Positions 36,727 through 46,021 of a DNA stretch of 64,000 nucleotides are shown here, one piece after another. The position numbers were made by a program, and so were the translations under genes. Position 1 is the first letter of the stretch. Every line of letters begins with the position of its first letter. The notes under the pieces were generated by a model. The model did not search any database, was not told the origin of the DNA, and worked only from the letters and a program-made list of their open reading frames with translations. Source of the DNA: an uncultured Ignavibacteriaceae bacterium (GTDB lineage: Bacteria; Bacteroidota; Ignavibacteria; UBA10030); the NCBI GenBank assembly GCA_964480945.1, contig CAYZRX010000008.1:4572-68571 (forward strand), written 5' to 3'.

Positions 36727-37866
36727 ATGGCAACCAGTATCTATGATCTCCCGACCCCAGCACTGCTGATCGATCAGGATATCCTGGAGCGCAACCTGAC
36801 GCGCATGCAGGATCGGGCAAATTCTCTCGGCGTCTCCCTCCGTCCGCATATCAAGACGCACAAGTGCATCGAGATCGCCAACCACCAGCTCGAGCTCGGA
36901 GCGCGGGGAATTACGGTATCGACTTTCTACGAGGCCGAACAGTTCGCGGCAAAGGGCTTCAATGACATCACCTGGGCGTTTCCTCTCCCGCCGGTGTACG
37001 CCCCGAAGGTCGTGGAATTGTACGAGAAATCTCGAATCCGCGTTGTTATCGACAGCCCGGAAGCGAAGGCAATCCTTGACGACATCGCGACCACGGCCGG
37101 GCAACGCATCCACGTCTGGCTCAAAGTTGACTGCGGGTACCATCGCGCTGGCGTGAACCCTCGTTCCGAGCTCGCCGAGTCGCTGCTTCAGTCGCTCAGC
37201 GAGTCGGGGACGCTTATTTTCGACGGGATCCTCAGCCATTCGGGCCAGGCCTACCTCGCGCGAAACCGGGCGGAAATCGTGGGCTATGCCGAGCAGGAAC
37301 GCTTCATCATGGTGGAATTTGCAGAGAGAATGAGATCTCAGGGCTGCAAGATACCGACGATCAGTATTGGCTCGACACCGACCATGTGGGTTGCAGAGAG
37401 TCTCAAGGGCATCGACGAGATCCGGCCCGGCAACTATGCTTTCAACGATTACACACAGGTGATGCTGGGAAGCTGCGGTATCGGCGACTGCGCCCTGAGC
37501 GTGCTTGCATCGGTGATCTCCCACCAGCAAGGCGCTTCCCACTTTATCACGGACGCGGGCGCCCTTGCGCTCTCGAAAGACGTCGGACCAACCCACATCC
37601 GAAACGATATGGATATGGGAAGCATTTACGAGGATTACGACCGGAAGCGGCTCCACGCCCACGTCCATGTCCGCAGTCTCTCCCAGGAACACGGCAAGGT
37701 TGTAACGGCGGATACGCAGATTATCGAAGGGAAGTTCAAGATCGGGGACAGGATCCGGGTCCTCGAACACCACTCATGCCTCACCGCCGCGAACTTCGAT
37801 CAATACCACGTCGTGAAGGGGGAAGAGGTCATCGATCGCTGGAAAATTCTGCGGGGAAGAACCTGA
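36727..37866 (+). CDS. Alanine racemase N-terminal domain protein (DSD1 family: D-serine deaminase / D-threonine aldolase-like, PLP-dependent)
   Basis: 379 aa; LLIDQDILERNL...LRPHIKTHKC is the PLP-lysine context of fold-type III DSD1/alr-like enzymes. Confidence 0.75.
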   Translation: MATSIYDLPTPALLIDQDILERNLTRMQDRANSLGVSLRPHIKTHKCIEIANHQLELGARGITVSTFYEAEQFAAKGFNDITWAFPLPPVYAPKVVELYEKSRIRVVIDSPEAKAILDDIATTAGQRIHVWLKVDCGYHRAGVNPRSELAESLLQSLSESGTLIFDGILSHSGQAYLARNRAEIVGYAEQERFIMVEFAERMRSQGCKIPTISIGSTPTMWVAESLKGIDEIRPGNYAFNDYTQVMLGSCGIGDCALSVLASVISHQQGASHFITDAGALALSKDVGPTHIRNDMDMGSIYEDYDRKRLHAHVHVRSLSQEHGKVVTADTQIIEGKFKIGDRIRVLEHHSCLTAANFDQYHVVKGEEVIDRWKILRGRT

Positions 37867-38269
37867 TCCGGTCTCGGATGACGCGCGGCACCACGACCAA
37901 GAGGGTCACCATTGCGCCGAGGAGAAGAGAAACGATCGAGCTCACACGTTCCCGTCTTTGACATTCCCACAATAGCTTCGTACTTTGTCTGCCGTTCAAC
38001 GGCTGCGAGCACTTTTAGCAGCTCTCTCACCCTCTGCTCGCCAGAGGTTCTCTTCGCACGCGTCACCGGTAAGCGCGGTAGTCCGCCGGATGTCCCTATC
38101 ATGTTGACGCAATGTTCGCTTGCTCATGGGGCCAAAAGGAGATCCCCGCCCATTAAAGAGGCGGAGCCCTGACTGACGTGCTTGCACGCCTTCGGGTTGA
38201 TTCAAATTTTCGACAGGTGGAGAAGATAGATTTTTTGAATCTTTAACAATATCTTTCGGGGTCGTCGAA

Positions 38270-39586
38270 GTGCTTGATGGGACAATGAGTTACGAGAATT
38301 TCAACTTCATCTACCTATCGGAGATCGTCGGGCTGCCGGTGTTCAGCCTCAGCAGCGGCAAGAGAATCGGTCGTATCATCGACCTCGCCGCGCGGACCAG
38401 CCACGTCTATCCGAAGATCACGGCCCTCATCACCAAGCTGAGGGACAAGAAGGTTCCCGTCTATATTCCGTGGAACAGCGTCCGGCTTACGGCTTTGAAG
38501 CGGCATGTTTCCGTTGAATACCCGCCGGAGTCCGACTACGGCGACGTCCACTCGATCGAAAACGAGATCCTCATCAAGGAAACGTTTCTGGACAAGCAGA
38601 TCATCTCGACGTCGGGCTACAAGCTTGTCCGCGTGAACGATCTTCAATTGCTCATCGATAATTCGTCCAAGGAGAATCCGAACCTCTGGCTGGTCCATAT
38701 CGATATCGGATTCAAGGGACTGCTGAGACGGCTCGGTTGGGCCAACGTCGCCAACGGCATCTTCCGGTGGGTCGTTTCCCGAGACATCAACGACAAGTTT
38801 GTAGCGTGGAAGCACGTTCAACCGACGACGACGACGAACGTCTACGGCTCCGTCCACCTCAAGACGGATACGTCGAAGCTCTCAACGTTTCACCCGGCCG
38901 ACCTTGCAGACATTCTCGAGGACCTCGGGACCGACGAACGCATCTCGCTCTTTGAATCGTTCAACCCGAGCCTCGCTGCCACGACCCTCCAGGAAATGCC
39001 GATGAATGTCCGCGTCCAGATCGCGGAGACGTTAGAAACGGAAAAGCTGGCAGCCATCATCAACGAGATGCAAATGGACGAGGCGGTCGACTTGCTGGAC
39101 GAGCTCTCCCTCGAAAAGCGCACGGCGGTTTACGCTGTGATGACGACCGAGAAGGTTTCAGAGATCAAGGAGCTTTCCAGGCTCTCCATCTACAGCGTCG
39201 GCAGCATTATGAACACAAACTTCATCACTGCGAAGGCCGCCCAGACTGTGCGGGAGGTGCTCAAAGCGGTCAAAGCCGAGAGCAAGAAGGCGGAGCTGCT
39301 CCACTACGTGTACATCATCGACGATGAGGAACACCTCAAGGGGCTGGTCACGCTGAGGCAACTGTTGATTACGAAGGGGACCACCCCCATGGCCTCAATC
39401 ATGCGCGGCAACCTCATCTCCGTTCGAGTCGACACCGGCATCAAACACGTGGCCCAGTTGTTCTTCAAATACAATTTTCGAGCACTGCCCGTTGTGGACG
39501 AAGAGGAACGGATTCGGGGGATCATCTCCATGCGGGACGCCCTCGAATCGATCTTCCCCGAAATGAAGCAAGCATCCGAGGGATAG
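38270..39586 (+). CDS. Soluble MgtE N-terminal domain + tandem CBS domain protein (no membrane domain), with N-terminal PRC-barrel-like region
   Basis: 438 aa; MgtE_N region (ADLADILEDLGTDERISLFESF...LQEMP) and a CBS pair (IMNTNFITAKAAQTVREV...YVYIIDDEEHLKGLVTLRQLL...ALPVVDEEERIRGIISMRD). The ORF ends without TM helices, 2 bp before the next gene. Confidence 0.75.
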   Translation: MLDGTMSYENFNFIYLSEIVGLPVFSLSSGKRIGRIIDLAARTSHVYPKITALITKLRDKKVPVYIPWNSVRLTALKRHVSVEYPPESDYGDVHSIENEILIKETFLDKQIISTSGYKLVRVNDLQLLIDNSSKENPNLWLVHIDIGFKGLLRRLGWANVANGIFRWVVSRDINDKFVAWKHVQPTTTTNVYGSVHLKTDTSKLSTFHPADLADILEDLGTDERISLFESFNPSLAATTLQEMPMNVRVQIAETLETEKLAAIINEMQMDEAVDLLDELSLEKRTAVYAVMTTEKVSEIKELSRLSIYSVGSIMNTNFITAKAAQTVREVLKAVKAESKKAELLHYVYIIDDEEHLKGLVTLRQLLITKGTTPMASIMRGNLISVRVDTGIKHVAQLFFKYNFRALPVVDEEERIRGIISMRDALESIFPEMKQASEG

Positions 39587-39587
39587 C

Positions 39588-40844
39588 ATGAGGTTGCTTC
39601 AAAGACTGAAAGAACATCCGGCTCTTCGGAATCTGTTGATCTTCCTGAGCGTCGTCGGTCCGGGCATCATCACGGGGAGCGTCGACAACGACGCAGGCGG
39701 AATTACGACGTATTCGGTGGCAGGAGCACTCTACGGCTATAGACTCCTGTGGACGCTGATCCCGTCGTTCGTTGTGTTGCTGGCCGTTCAGGAGATGAAC
39801 GCCCGTATGGGGATTGTCACGGGCAAAGGGCTGGCGGACCTGATTCGAGAGAACTTTGGGGCCCGGATTACGTTCTACATCTTCATTTGCCTGCTCATCG
39901 CGGATGTCGGCAACACGGCGACCGAGTTTGCCGGCGTCGCGGGCAGCATGATGGTGCTCGGTGTCAGCAAGTACGTTTCCGTTCCGCTCGCTGCGATCGC
40001 CGTCTGGATTCTCGTCGTCAAGGGAAACTACAAAATAGCAGAAAAAGTCTTTCTCCTCTTGAGCGTTTTTCTGCTTTCCTACGTTGTCTCGGCTGTCCTG
40101 GCAAAGCCCGACTGGGGAGACATCGGTGTCGCGTTGATCTCGCCGACCATCGAGTGGGATCATACCTATTTCATTACCGTTCTGGGGCTGGTGGGTACGA
40201 CCGTCGCTCCATGGATGCAGTTCTACATGCAATCTTCCGTGATCGAGAAGGGTATCAAGATTGGCGATTACAAGTTCACGGTGTGGGACGTTGCGATCGG
40301 CTGCATCGCAACGATCGTTGTCGCTTTCTTCATCATCGTTGCCTGCGGGGCCACGCTCCACACCAACAATGTCACGATCACGGAAGCCAAGGATGCTGCG
40401 TTCGCGCTCAAGCCGTTTGCCGGAGCCCTCGCATCCGAGGTCTTCGCATTCGGCTTGTTCGCCGCCTCCATCTTCTCCGCCGCGATCCTGCCGCTGGCAA
40501 TGGCTTTTTACATTTGTGAAGCATTCGGATTTGAAGCGGGGATCGACAAGAAATTCGCCGAGGCGCCGCAATTCTACACGCTCTTCACCCTGACCATCGT
40601 CATCAGCGTGACGGTTATTCTTCTTCCTAACGCGCCGCTGATCGCCATTACCATCTGGACCCAAGTGTTGAACGCGATCCTTCTGCCCATTGTCCTCGTT
40701 TGCATGATGATCATCGTGAACAAGACGGAGATCATGGGTGAGTACACGAACAAGCGGTATCAAAACATCATCGGCTGGTCGACGTCGATCCTATTGATCA
40801 TCATGAGCGCCGTCCTAGTAATCTCAGGCTTTGGCCCGGGGTAA
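39588..40844 (+). CDS. NRAMP (SLC11) family transporter with non-canonical metal-site residues (NRMT-like; candidate Mg2+ transporter)
   Basis: 418 aa with about 11 TM helices. TM1 motif DAGG where canonical MntH has DPGN; TM6 motif GTTVAPW where canonical has GA.IMPH, so both the Asn and the Met are lost. Confidence 0.8.
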   Translation: MRLLQRLKEHPALRNLLIFLSVVGPGIITGSVDNDAGGITTYSVAGALYGYRLLWTLIPSFVVLLAVQEMNARMGIVTGKGLADLIRENFGARITFYIFICLLIADVGNTATEFAGVAGSMMVLGVSKYVSVPLAAIAVWILVVKGNYKIAEKVFLLLSVFLLSYVVSAVLAKPDWGDIGVALISPTIEWDHTYFITVLGLVGTTVAPWMQFYMQSSVIEKGIKIGDYKFTVWDVAIGCIATIVVAFFIIVACGATLHTNNVTITEAKDAAFALKPFAGALASEVFAFGLFAASIFSAAILPLAMAFYICEAFGFEAGIDKKFAEAPQFYTLFTLTIVISVTVILLPNAPLIAITIWTQVLNAILLPIVLVCMMIIVNKTEIMGEYTNKRYQNIIGWSTSILLIIMSAVLVISGFGPG

Positions 40845-40902
40845 CAGCGGCCTCCGTCGGCACCAGCACACAGCAAGAGCAACCAGAACAAGAGAGAAAA
40901 CC

Positions 40903-41688
40903 ATGACCTCCCTCGAGAAGAAAATTGTCCTCATCACCGGCGCGAGCAGCGGTATCGGCCTCGCGTGTGCACATGCATTTGCCCAACAAGGCGCCCGGCT
41001 CATTCTCACAGCCCGCCGAAAGCAAAAACTCGATGCTCTCGCAAAAGAGCTGAAGCAAGAGCACGGCACGGAATCGTGTGTCTTCGAGCTTGATGTGCGG
41101 AACCAGTCAGCGGTCCAGACCACTCTTCACAACCTTCCCACGGAATGGCAGGAGATCGAGGTGCTCGTGAACAATGCCGGGCTGAGCCGGGGTCTCAACA
41201 AGCTCCACGAGGGCAAGATCCAAGATTGGGAGGAAATGATTGACACGAATATCAAGGGATTACTCTACGCAACCCACCAGGTCCTCCCAGGGATGGTCGC
41301 AAGGGGCCGGGGGATGATCATCAACATCGGCTCCATCGCCGGGCACGAGGTCTACGTGGGAGGCAACGTGTACTGCGCGACGAAGCATGCCGTCGATGCG
41401 ATTACGCGCGGGTTGCGCTGGGATCTGGTTGACACGCCGATCCGCGTCTGCACGGTCGACCCCGGCCTGGTGGAGACGGAGTTCAGCATGGTGCGGTTCC
41501 GGGGGGACGAGCAGCGAGCGAAAACCGTCTATCAGAATATCACACCTCTGCGACCTGAAGATATCGCCGAGATGGTTGTCTTTTGTGCCACCAGACCGGC
41601 GCACGTCGAGGTGGCTGAAATGATCGTTCTCCCGACGAGTCAGGCCTCCGCCTCTCTCGTTCACAGGACACCGAGCGCGAAACAATAG
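40903..41688 (+). CDS. SDR family NADP-dependent oxidoreductase (YdfG-like)
   Basis: Likely start at the internal Met (MTSLEKKIVLITGASSGIGLA). NNAG and YxxxK motifs (YCATKHAV). Confidence 0.85.
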   Translation: MTSLEKKIVLITGASSGIGLACAHAFAQQGARLILTARRKQKLDALAKELKQEHGTESCVFELDVRNQSAVQTTLHNLPTEWQEIEVLVNNAGLSRGLNKLHEGKIQDWEEMIDTNIKGLLYATHQVLPGMVARGRGMIINIGSIAGHEVYVGGNVYCATKHAVDAITRGLRWDLVDTPIRVCTVDPGLVETEFSMVRFRGDEQRAKTVYQNITPLRPEDIAEMVVFCATRPAHVEVAEMIVLPTSQASASLVHRTPSAKQ

Positions 41689-41742
41689 AACCCGCCGAGT
41701 GTTTGATGGTGAGACTGCGGCCGCATCACCCGGCCGCGGGCC

Positions 41743-42039
41743 TCACATCTTATCTTGCACGCTCTTCATTTTTTCTTCCATCGTCTGGTCACGATCTGTT
41801 CTCGTGCCGAACTTCAGCGTGCTCGAGATCCTCGGCGCCCCCATGCCGTGGATGATCTCATGGCATCGTTTGACCGCGGCAAAGACTTCATCCCATTCCC
41901 CTTCGATGTTGGTGCCGTACGCGTGGAGGTGGAATTTCAAACCCGCCTCTTGAAAAATCTTCTCGCACGCAGCGATGTAACGCGAGACGGACACTCCAAC
42001 ACCTATCGGAATGACACAAAGATCGGCGATGACCTTCAT
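41743..42039 (-). CDS. MTH1187/YkoF family thiamine-binding protein
   Basis: 98 aa; MKVIADLCVIPIGVG.SVS.YIAAC matches the DUF77/MTH1187 ferredoxin-like fold. Confidence 0.7.
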   Translation of the reverse strand: MKVIADLCVIPIGVGVSVSRYIAACEKIFQEAGLKFHLHAYGTNIEGEWDEVFAAVKRCHEIIHGMGAPRISSTLKFGTRTDRDQTMEEKMKSVQDKM

Positions 42040-42289
42040 AGCTGATTCTCCTTTCGCAAGAGCATCTCTCCGTGGAAGTTGACAATTTGACGGTACAATA
42101 TCAAACTTCGAGATGCTGTCATCGATTTCCTGGTTTTGGCAACGCGGGTTTGCAACAAAAGGAACTCTTTGCTACACTGCTCAGTAAAATCTGCGGGAGG
42201 TTCTTCAGGGAAAATCCGGAGCCTTTTTGTTATCCTCTCGGTGGAGAGAGAACTGAAGCGACTCCGCCGGGGTGCCCCCAGCGTTGGAT

Positions 42290-42544
42290 ATGGAAAAACC
42301 GCACTGTCCAAACTACGATGTCTGTCTGCTCGTGCAGACCCCAAATATCCTCTGCGATCCGCAACGAAGGGAGTTCTACCTCGACCGTTACTGCCTTCGG
42401 GGCAGCGATGCTTGGGAAGCGTGCAAGCGCTACATTGCGAAGAACGTCCTGAATTTTTGTCCCGATTTTGTTTTGCCCGATTCTCCCCTTTCACCTTCTG
42501 AGATCATCGACGAATTCGATCGCCTCTCGAATGGCGATCAGTAG
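42290..42544 (+). CDS. Hypothetical small cysteine-rich protein
   Basis: About 85 aa from the internal Met (MEKPHCPNYDVC...LCDPQ...YCLRG...AC...FCPDF) with 7 Cys. No recognised domain. The frame and start are uncertain and it overlaps another frame's ORF. Confidence 0.3.
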   Translation: MEKPHCPNYDVCLLVQTPNILCDPQRREFYLDRYCLRGSDAWEACKRYIAKNVLNFCPDFVLPDSPLSPSEIIDEFDRLSNGDQ

Positions 42545-42562
42545 ATCAGCGAGGAAGTAAGC

Positions 42563-42880
42563 ATGCCAACAATGGAAATTGATGGAAGGACATTTGAAGT
42601 AGATGGCGACGGTTTCTTATCAGATCCTTCTCTTTGGAATGAGGAAGTTGCCCGGTTGATAGCAAGACACGACGGCATTACGGAGATGAGTGACAAACAC
42701 TGGGCGATCGTGAAGTTCATCCGCAAGAACTGGGAGGAAAAGGGGATGGCACCGATGATCCGTTCGATCTGTCAGGTGACTGGAGTGAAGCTCAAGGAGA
42801 TTTATCAGCTTTTCCCCCTTGGTCCTGCACGCGGCGCGTGCCGTGTCGCAGGCCTGCCCAAGCCCGATGGTTGCGTCTAA
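42563..42880 (+). CDS. dsrC: DsrC/TusE family sulfur-relay protein (two-cysteine DsrC type)
   Basis: 105 aa; the C-terminal arm LFPLGPARGACRVAGLPKPDGCV matches the DsrC consensus (LFPxGPAKxACRIAGLPKPTGCV). It has both the penultimate Cys and the Cys 10 residues upstream. Confidence 0.85.
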   Translation: MPTMEIDGRTFEVDGDGFLSDPSLWNEEVARLIARHDGITEMSDKHWAIVKFIRKNWEEKGMAPMIRSICQVTGVKLKEIYQLFPLGPARGACRVAGLPKPDGCV

Positions 42881-42895
42881 GGGAGTCGGATCGGA

Positions 42896-43516
42896 ATGAC
42901 CTGGTACCACTCTCTGGCATCAGCTGCCCTCGTTGTCTGCCTGATAAGCCTGTCGTATCATTTCATCAGACTTCTCAGGTTGGGGCCGCCAAAGGATTTC
43001 TCCGTACGGAGAGGCAACTTGAAACCCGCGATCATCTATTCGTTCCTGGGAGCGATGAACCCGCGGAAGAAGGAATCTGCATACTTGCACCTCCCGACCT
43101 ATGCAGCGGGGCTTTTCTATCACGCCGGGACCTTCACCTCGATCGTCCTTTTCTTTCTGTTCTTTTTCAATTTCCACATTGAGAGATCGTTACGGTGGGG
43201 CATTATCAGTTTGCTGGCGGTATCAGGAGCCTGCGGCATCGGGATCCTCGCGAAGAGAACGGCGGTGAGAAGGCTCCGGCACCTCTCCAACCTCGATGAC
43301 TATGTAGCAAACATCCTCGTGACACTTTTCCAGTTCCTTACCCTTGCTTTGTTGGTGAAGGAAGTATTTGCTCCATTCTATTTCCTCTGCGTCAGCCTCC
43401 TGTTGCTGTATCTCCCGTTCGGGAAGCTGAAACATGCTCTCTATTTCTTCGCCGCGCGGTATCACCTTGGACTGTTCTACGGTTGGCGCGGGGTCTGGCC
43501 TCTCAGAAAGTCGTGA
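42896..43516 (+). CDS. Integral membrane protein, candidate HdrE/DsrM/NarI-like di-haem cytochrome b anchor
   Basis: 206 aa with about five hydrophobic helices and His residues within them (SYHFIRLL, LFYHAGTF, FFNFHIERS, KHALYFFAARYHLG). Sits 10 bp upstream of the HdrD-like gene. The assignment rests on context and topology only. Confidence 0.4.
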   Translation: MTWYHSLASAALVVCLISLSYHFIRLLRLGPPKDFSVRRGNLKPAIIYSFLGAMNPRKKESAYLHLPTYAAGLFYHAGTFTSIVLFFLFFFNFHIERSLRWGIISLLAVSGACGIGILAKRTAVRRLRHLSNLDDYVANILVTLFQFLTLALLVKEVFAPFYFLCVSLLLLYLPFGKLKHALYFFAARYHLGLFYGWRGVWPLRKS

Positions 43517-43525
43517 ACGAACGGT

Positions 43526-44818
43526 ATGGCCAGTCTTTCCACAGAAAAGCTCAGAGCGCTCCAAGTCCTGGCGGAAGTGAAGGACAGCCGGCTGGTATCG
43601 CACCTCAACAGCTGTGTTCACTGTGGATTGTGTGCAGAGAGCTGCATGTACTACGTTGCGACGAACGATGAACGGTTTGCCCCGGCGCTGAAAGTCGACC
43701 TTCTCTCTTCCATTTATCAGCGGTACTACACGTTCGCGGGCAAGCACTTTCCGCTCCTTGGGAACGCACGCGATCTCGATAACTTCACAACGAGCGAAAT
43801 GGTGGATCTCTTCTTCGGCTCCTGCACACTCTGCGGGCGATGCACGACGCATTGCTCCATCGGTGTCGATATCACGTACCTGGTACGAGTAGGAAGGGAG
43901 ATGCTTGCAGCCATGGGACGCGTTCCGGCGAGCCTGCAATCGACCGTCAACGCCGCCCTTCAGACGGGCAACAACATGGCCATCCCAACCGAGGAGTTTA
44001 CGAGCACGCTGTCGTGGCTGGAGGACGAGCTCAAGGATGAGGTGAACGATCCCCAGGCGTCCATACCGCTCAACCAAGTTGGTGCAAACGTCCTCTACAC
44101 ATTGAATCCGCGGGAGCCCAAGTTTTTCCCGCTTTCCATCTCCGCCATGGCGAAGATATTCTATGCCGCCAACGAGAGCTGGACGCTCTCGACGTCGATG
44201 TATGATGTCACCAACTATGCGTACTTCTCCTGCAACCCCAAGGATGCGATCACCATCGCCAAGCGGTTGTACGAGGAGGTCGAAAGAATCGGCGCGAAAC
44301 GCTGCGTGCTTGCGGAATGCGGCCACGGATCGAGAGCCTTTCGCTGGGAAGCGCCAAACTACCTTCAGAAGCGGTTTTCTTTCGAAACCCTGACTTCCGT
44401 CGAACTCCTGGCTGAATACATCCGCGAGGGCCGGATCAAGCTTGACAAAGAAAGAAATCGGGAGGTGATGACGCTGCACGATCCCTGTAACCTCGTGAGA
44501 GAGGGGGGCATCGTTGACGAACAACGATACGTTTTGAAGCACGCAGCGACCACGTTCGTTGAAATGACGCCGCATGGAGTCGACAACTTCTGCTGCGGTG
44601 GGGGCGGCGGCCAGCTCTCGATGAGCGAATACGGCGATCGACGCATGAAGATCGCCGAGATCAAGGCAGACCAGATCCGGAAGACGGGCGCTTCGACGGT
44701 CGTAACGCCTTGCCACAACTGCGTCGACCAGTTGATCCAGATCAATAACAAATTCAAGCTCGGCGTGAACATCAAGACGCTTGCTGAAGTCGTCGCCGAT
44801 GCAATCGTACTAGAATAG
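43526..44818 (+). CDS. HdrD/DsrK/GlpC-like iron-sulfur protein (2x[4Fe-4S] ferredoxin + two CCG domains)
   Basis: Two ferredoxin-like motifs, CVHCGLCAESC and CTLCGRCTTHC. C-terminal CCG domains: CVLAECGHG in the first; NFCCGGGGGQ...PCHNCVDQ in the second. Confidence 0.8.
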   Translation: MASLSTEKLRALQVLAEVKDSRLVSHLNSCVHCGLCAESCMYYVATNDERFAPALKVDLLSSIYQRYYTFAGKHFPLLGNARDLDNFTTSEMVDLFFGSCTLCGRCTTHCSIGVDITYLVRVGREMLAAMGRVPASLQSTVNAALQTGNNMAIPTEEFTSTLSWLEDELKDEVNDPQASIPLNQVGANVLYTLNPREPKFFPLSISAMAKIFYAANESWTLSTSMYDVTNYAYFSCNPKDAITIAKRLYEEVERIGAKRCVLAECGHGSRAFRWEAPNYLQKRFSFETLTSVELLAEYIREGRIKLDKERNREVMTLHDPCNLVREGGIVDEQRYVLKHAATTFVEMTPHGVDNFCCGGGGGQLSMSEYGDRRMKIAEIKADQIRKTGASTVVTPCHNCVDQLIQINNKFKLGVNIKTLAEVVADAIVLE

Positions 44819-44857
44819 TTCATCGTCAACCCATCAGACACACTGCGAATACGAGCC

Positions 44858-46021
44858 ATGAGTGCATTAGTCTACCTTGACAACTCCGCGACAACGTTTC
44901 CCAAGCCCGAGGCGGTGTACGACTTCATGAATAGTTTCTACCGCAAGCACGGTGTTAACCCGGGTCGATCGGGATTTGATGCCGCACTGGAAGCGGAAGA
45001 GATCGTGATGAACACACGGAAACTGCTGGCAGACTTCTTCCATGCCGAGGGTGACCCAAACAGGTTGACCTTCAGTTATAACGCCAGCGATTCGCTGAAC
45101 ATGATCATCCAGGGCCTGGCAGAGAAGGGCGATCACGTCGTCACGACCATGCTGGAACATAATTCGGTCCTGCGTCCGCTCCATCACCTTCAGCTGAACG
45201 GCCTCGTCGAAGTCACCCATGTTCCATTTGACGACCATGGATATGTTCACCCCGACGACATCAAGCATGCCCTCCGCAAGAACACCAAGATGGTGGTGGT
45301 CAACCATTGCTCCAATGTCATTGGTACCATCCAGCCGCTTGCCGAGATCGGCAAGATCTGTAAACAGGCCGGCGTCTTTTTCATCGTCGATACCACTCAG
45401 AGCGCCGGGACCGTGCCGATCGACATGCAAGCGATGGGGATCGATGTGGTTGCCTTCACCGGGCACAAATGCCTCATGGGACCAACCGGCATCGGCGGCT
45501 CGTATGTCATGGAGAACGTACCGGTGAAGTACACCCGGTTCGGCGGCACGGGAGTACGTTCTGCGCAACAGACCCATCTCGAAGAATTTCCCTACCGCCT
45601 GGAGTGCGGCACGCTCAACCTGCTCGGCGTCGCAGGCTTGAACGCAGGAGTGAAGTGGGTGCTCGAGAACGGGGTAGATCGTTTGCACGCCAAGGAGATG
45701 GCGTTGTGGGACAAACTCCGGAAGCACCTTCAGGCCATCGAGAACGTCAAGACGTATTGTGCGGAAAGCACGCAAAATCATAATGCGGTACTGTGCTTCA
45801 ACATCAAGAACTTCGAAGCCGGAGACGTCGGCACCATGCTCGACGTCGATCATAACATCGCCTGCCGCACGGGTCTGCACTGCGCGCCGAAAGTGCATGT
45901 AGGGCTGGGCACCGACAAAATTCACGGCACGGTGCGACTCAGCATTGGCGCCTTCAACACCGAGGAACACATCGACAAAGCCGTTGAGGCGGTGAAGGAA
46001 ATAGCCGAGATCAGAAAGTAA
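44858..46021 (+). CDS. Cysteine desulfurase family protein (class V aminotransferase fold, PLP)
   Basis: 387 aa; N-terminus VYLDNSATTFPKPEAVYDFM and PLP-lysine region VDVVAFTGHKCLMGPTGIGG. Resembles the NifS/CsdA-related 'cysteine desulfurase family protein' subfamily. Confidence 0.8.
   Translation: MSALVYLDNSATTFPKPEAVYDFMNSFYRKHGVNPGRSGFDAALEAEEIVMNTRKLLADFFHAEGDPNRLTFSYNASDSLNMIIQGLAEKGDHVVTTMLEHNSVLRPLHHLQLNGLVEVTHVPFDDHGYVHPDDIKHALRKNTKMVVVNHCSNVIGTIQPLAEIGKICKQAGVFFIVDTTQSAGTVPIDMQAMGIDVVAFTGHKCLMGPTGIGGSYVMENVPVKYTRFGGTGVRSAQQTHLEEFPYRLECGTLNLLGVAGLNAGVKWVLENGVDRLHAKEMALWDKLRKHLQAIENVKTYCAESTQNHNAVLCFNIKNFEAGDVGTMLDVDHNIACRTGLHCAPKVHVGLGTDKIHGTVRLSIGAFNTEEHIDKAVEAVKEIAEIRK

Noticed and set aside
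37867-38269. Attempted to recognise an M-box or yybP-ykoY riboswitch by eye in the 400-bp leader of the MgtE-N/NRAMP pair
   Set aside because: I could not identify the conserved helices or consensus stretches with confidence from raw sequence. It stays a hypothesis inside the NRMT finding rather than a feature call.
42137-42154. Sigma54-like element TGGCAACGCGGGTTTGCA upstream of the dsrC cluster
   Set aside because: The GG and GC dinucleotides are 14 nt apart rather than the 12 nt (GG-N10-GC) required for a -24/-12 promoter. It is probably a chance match.
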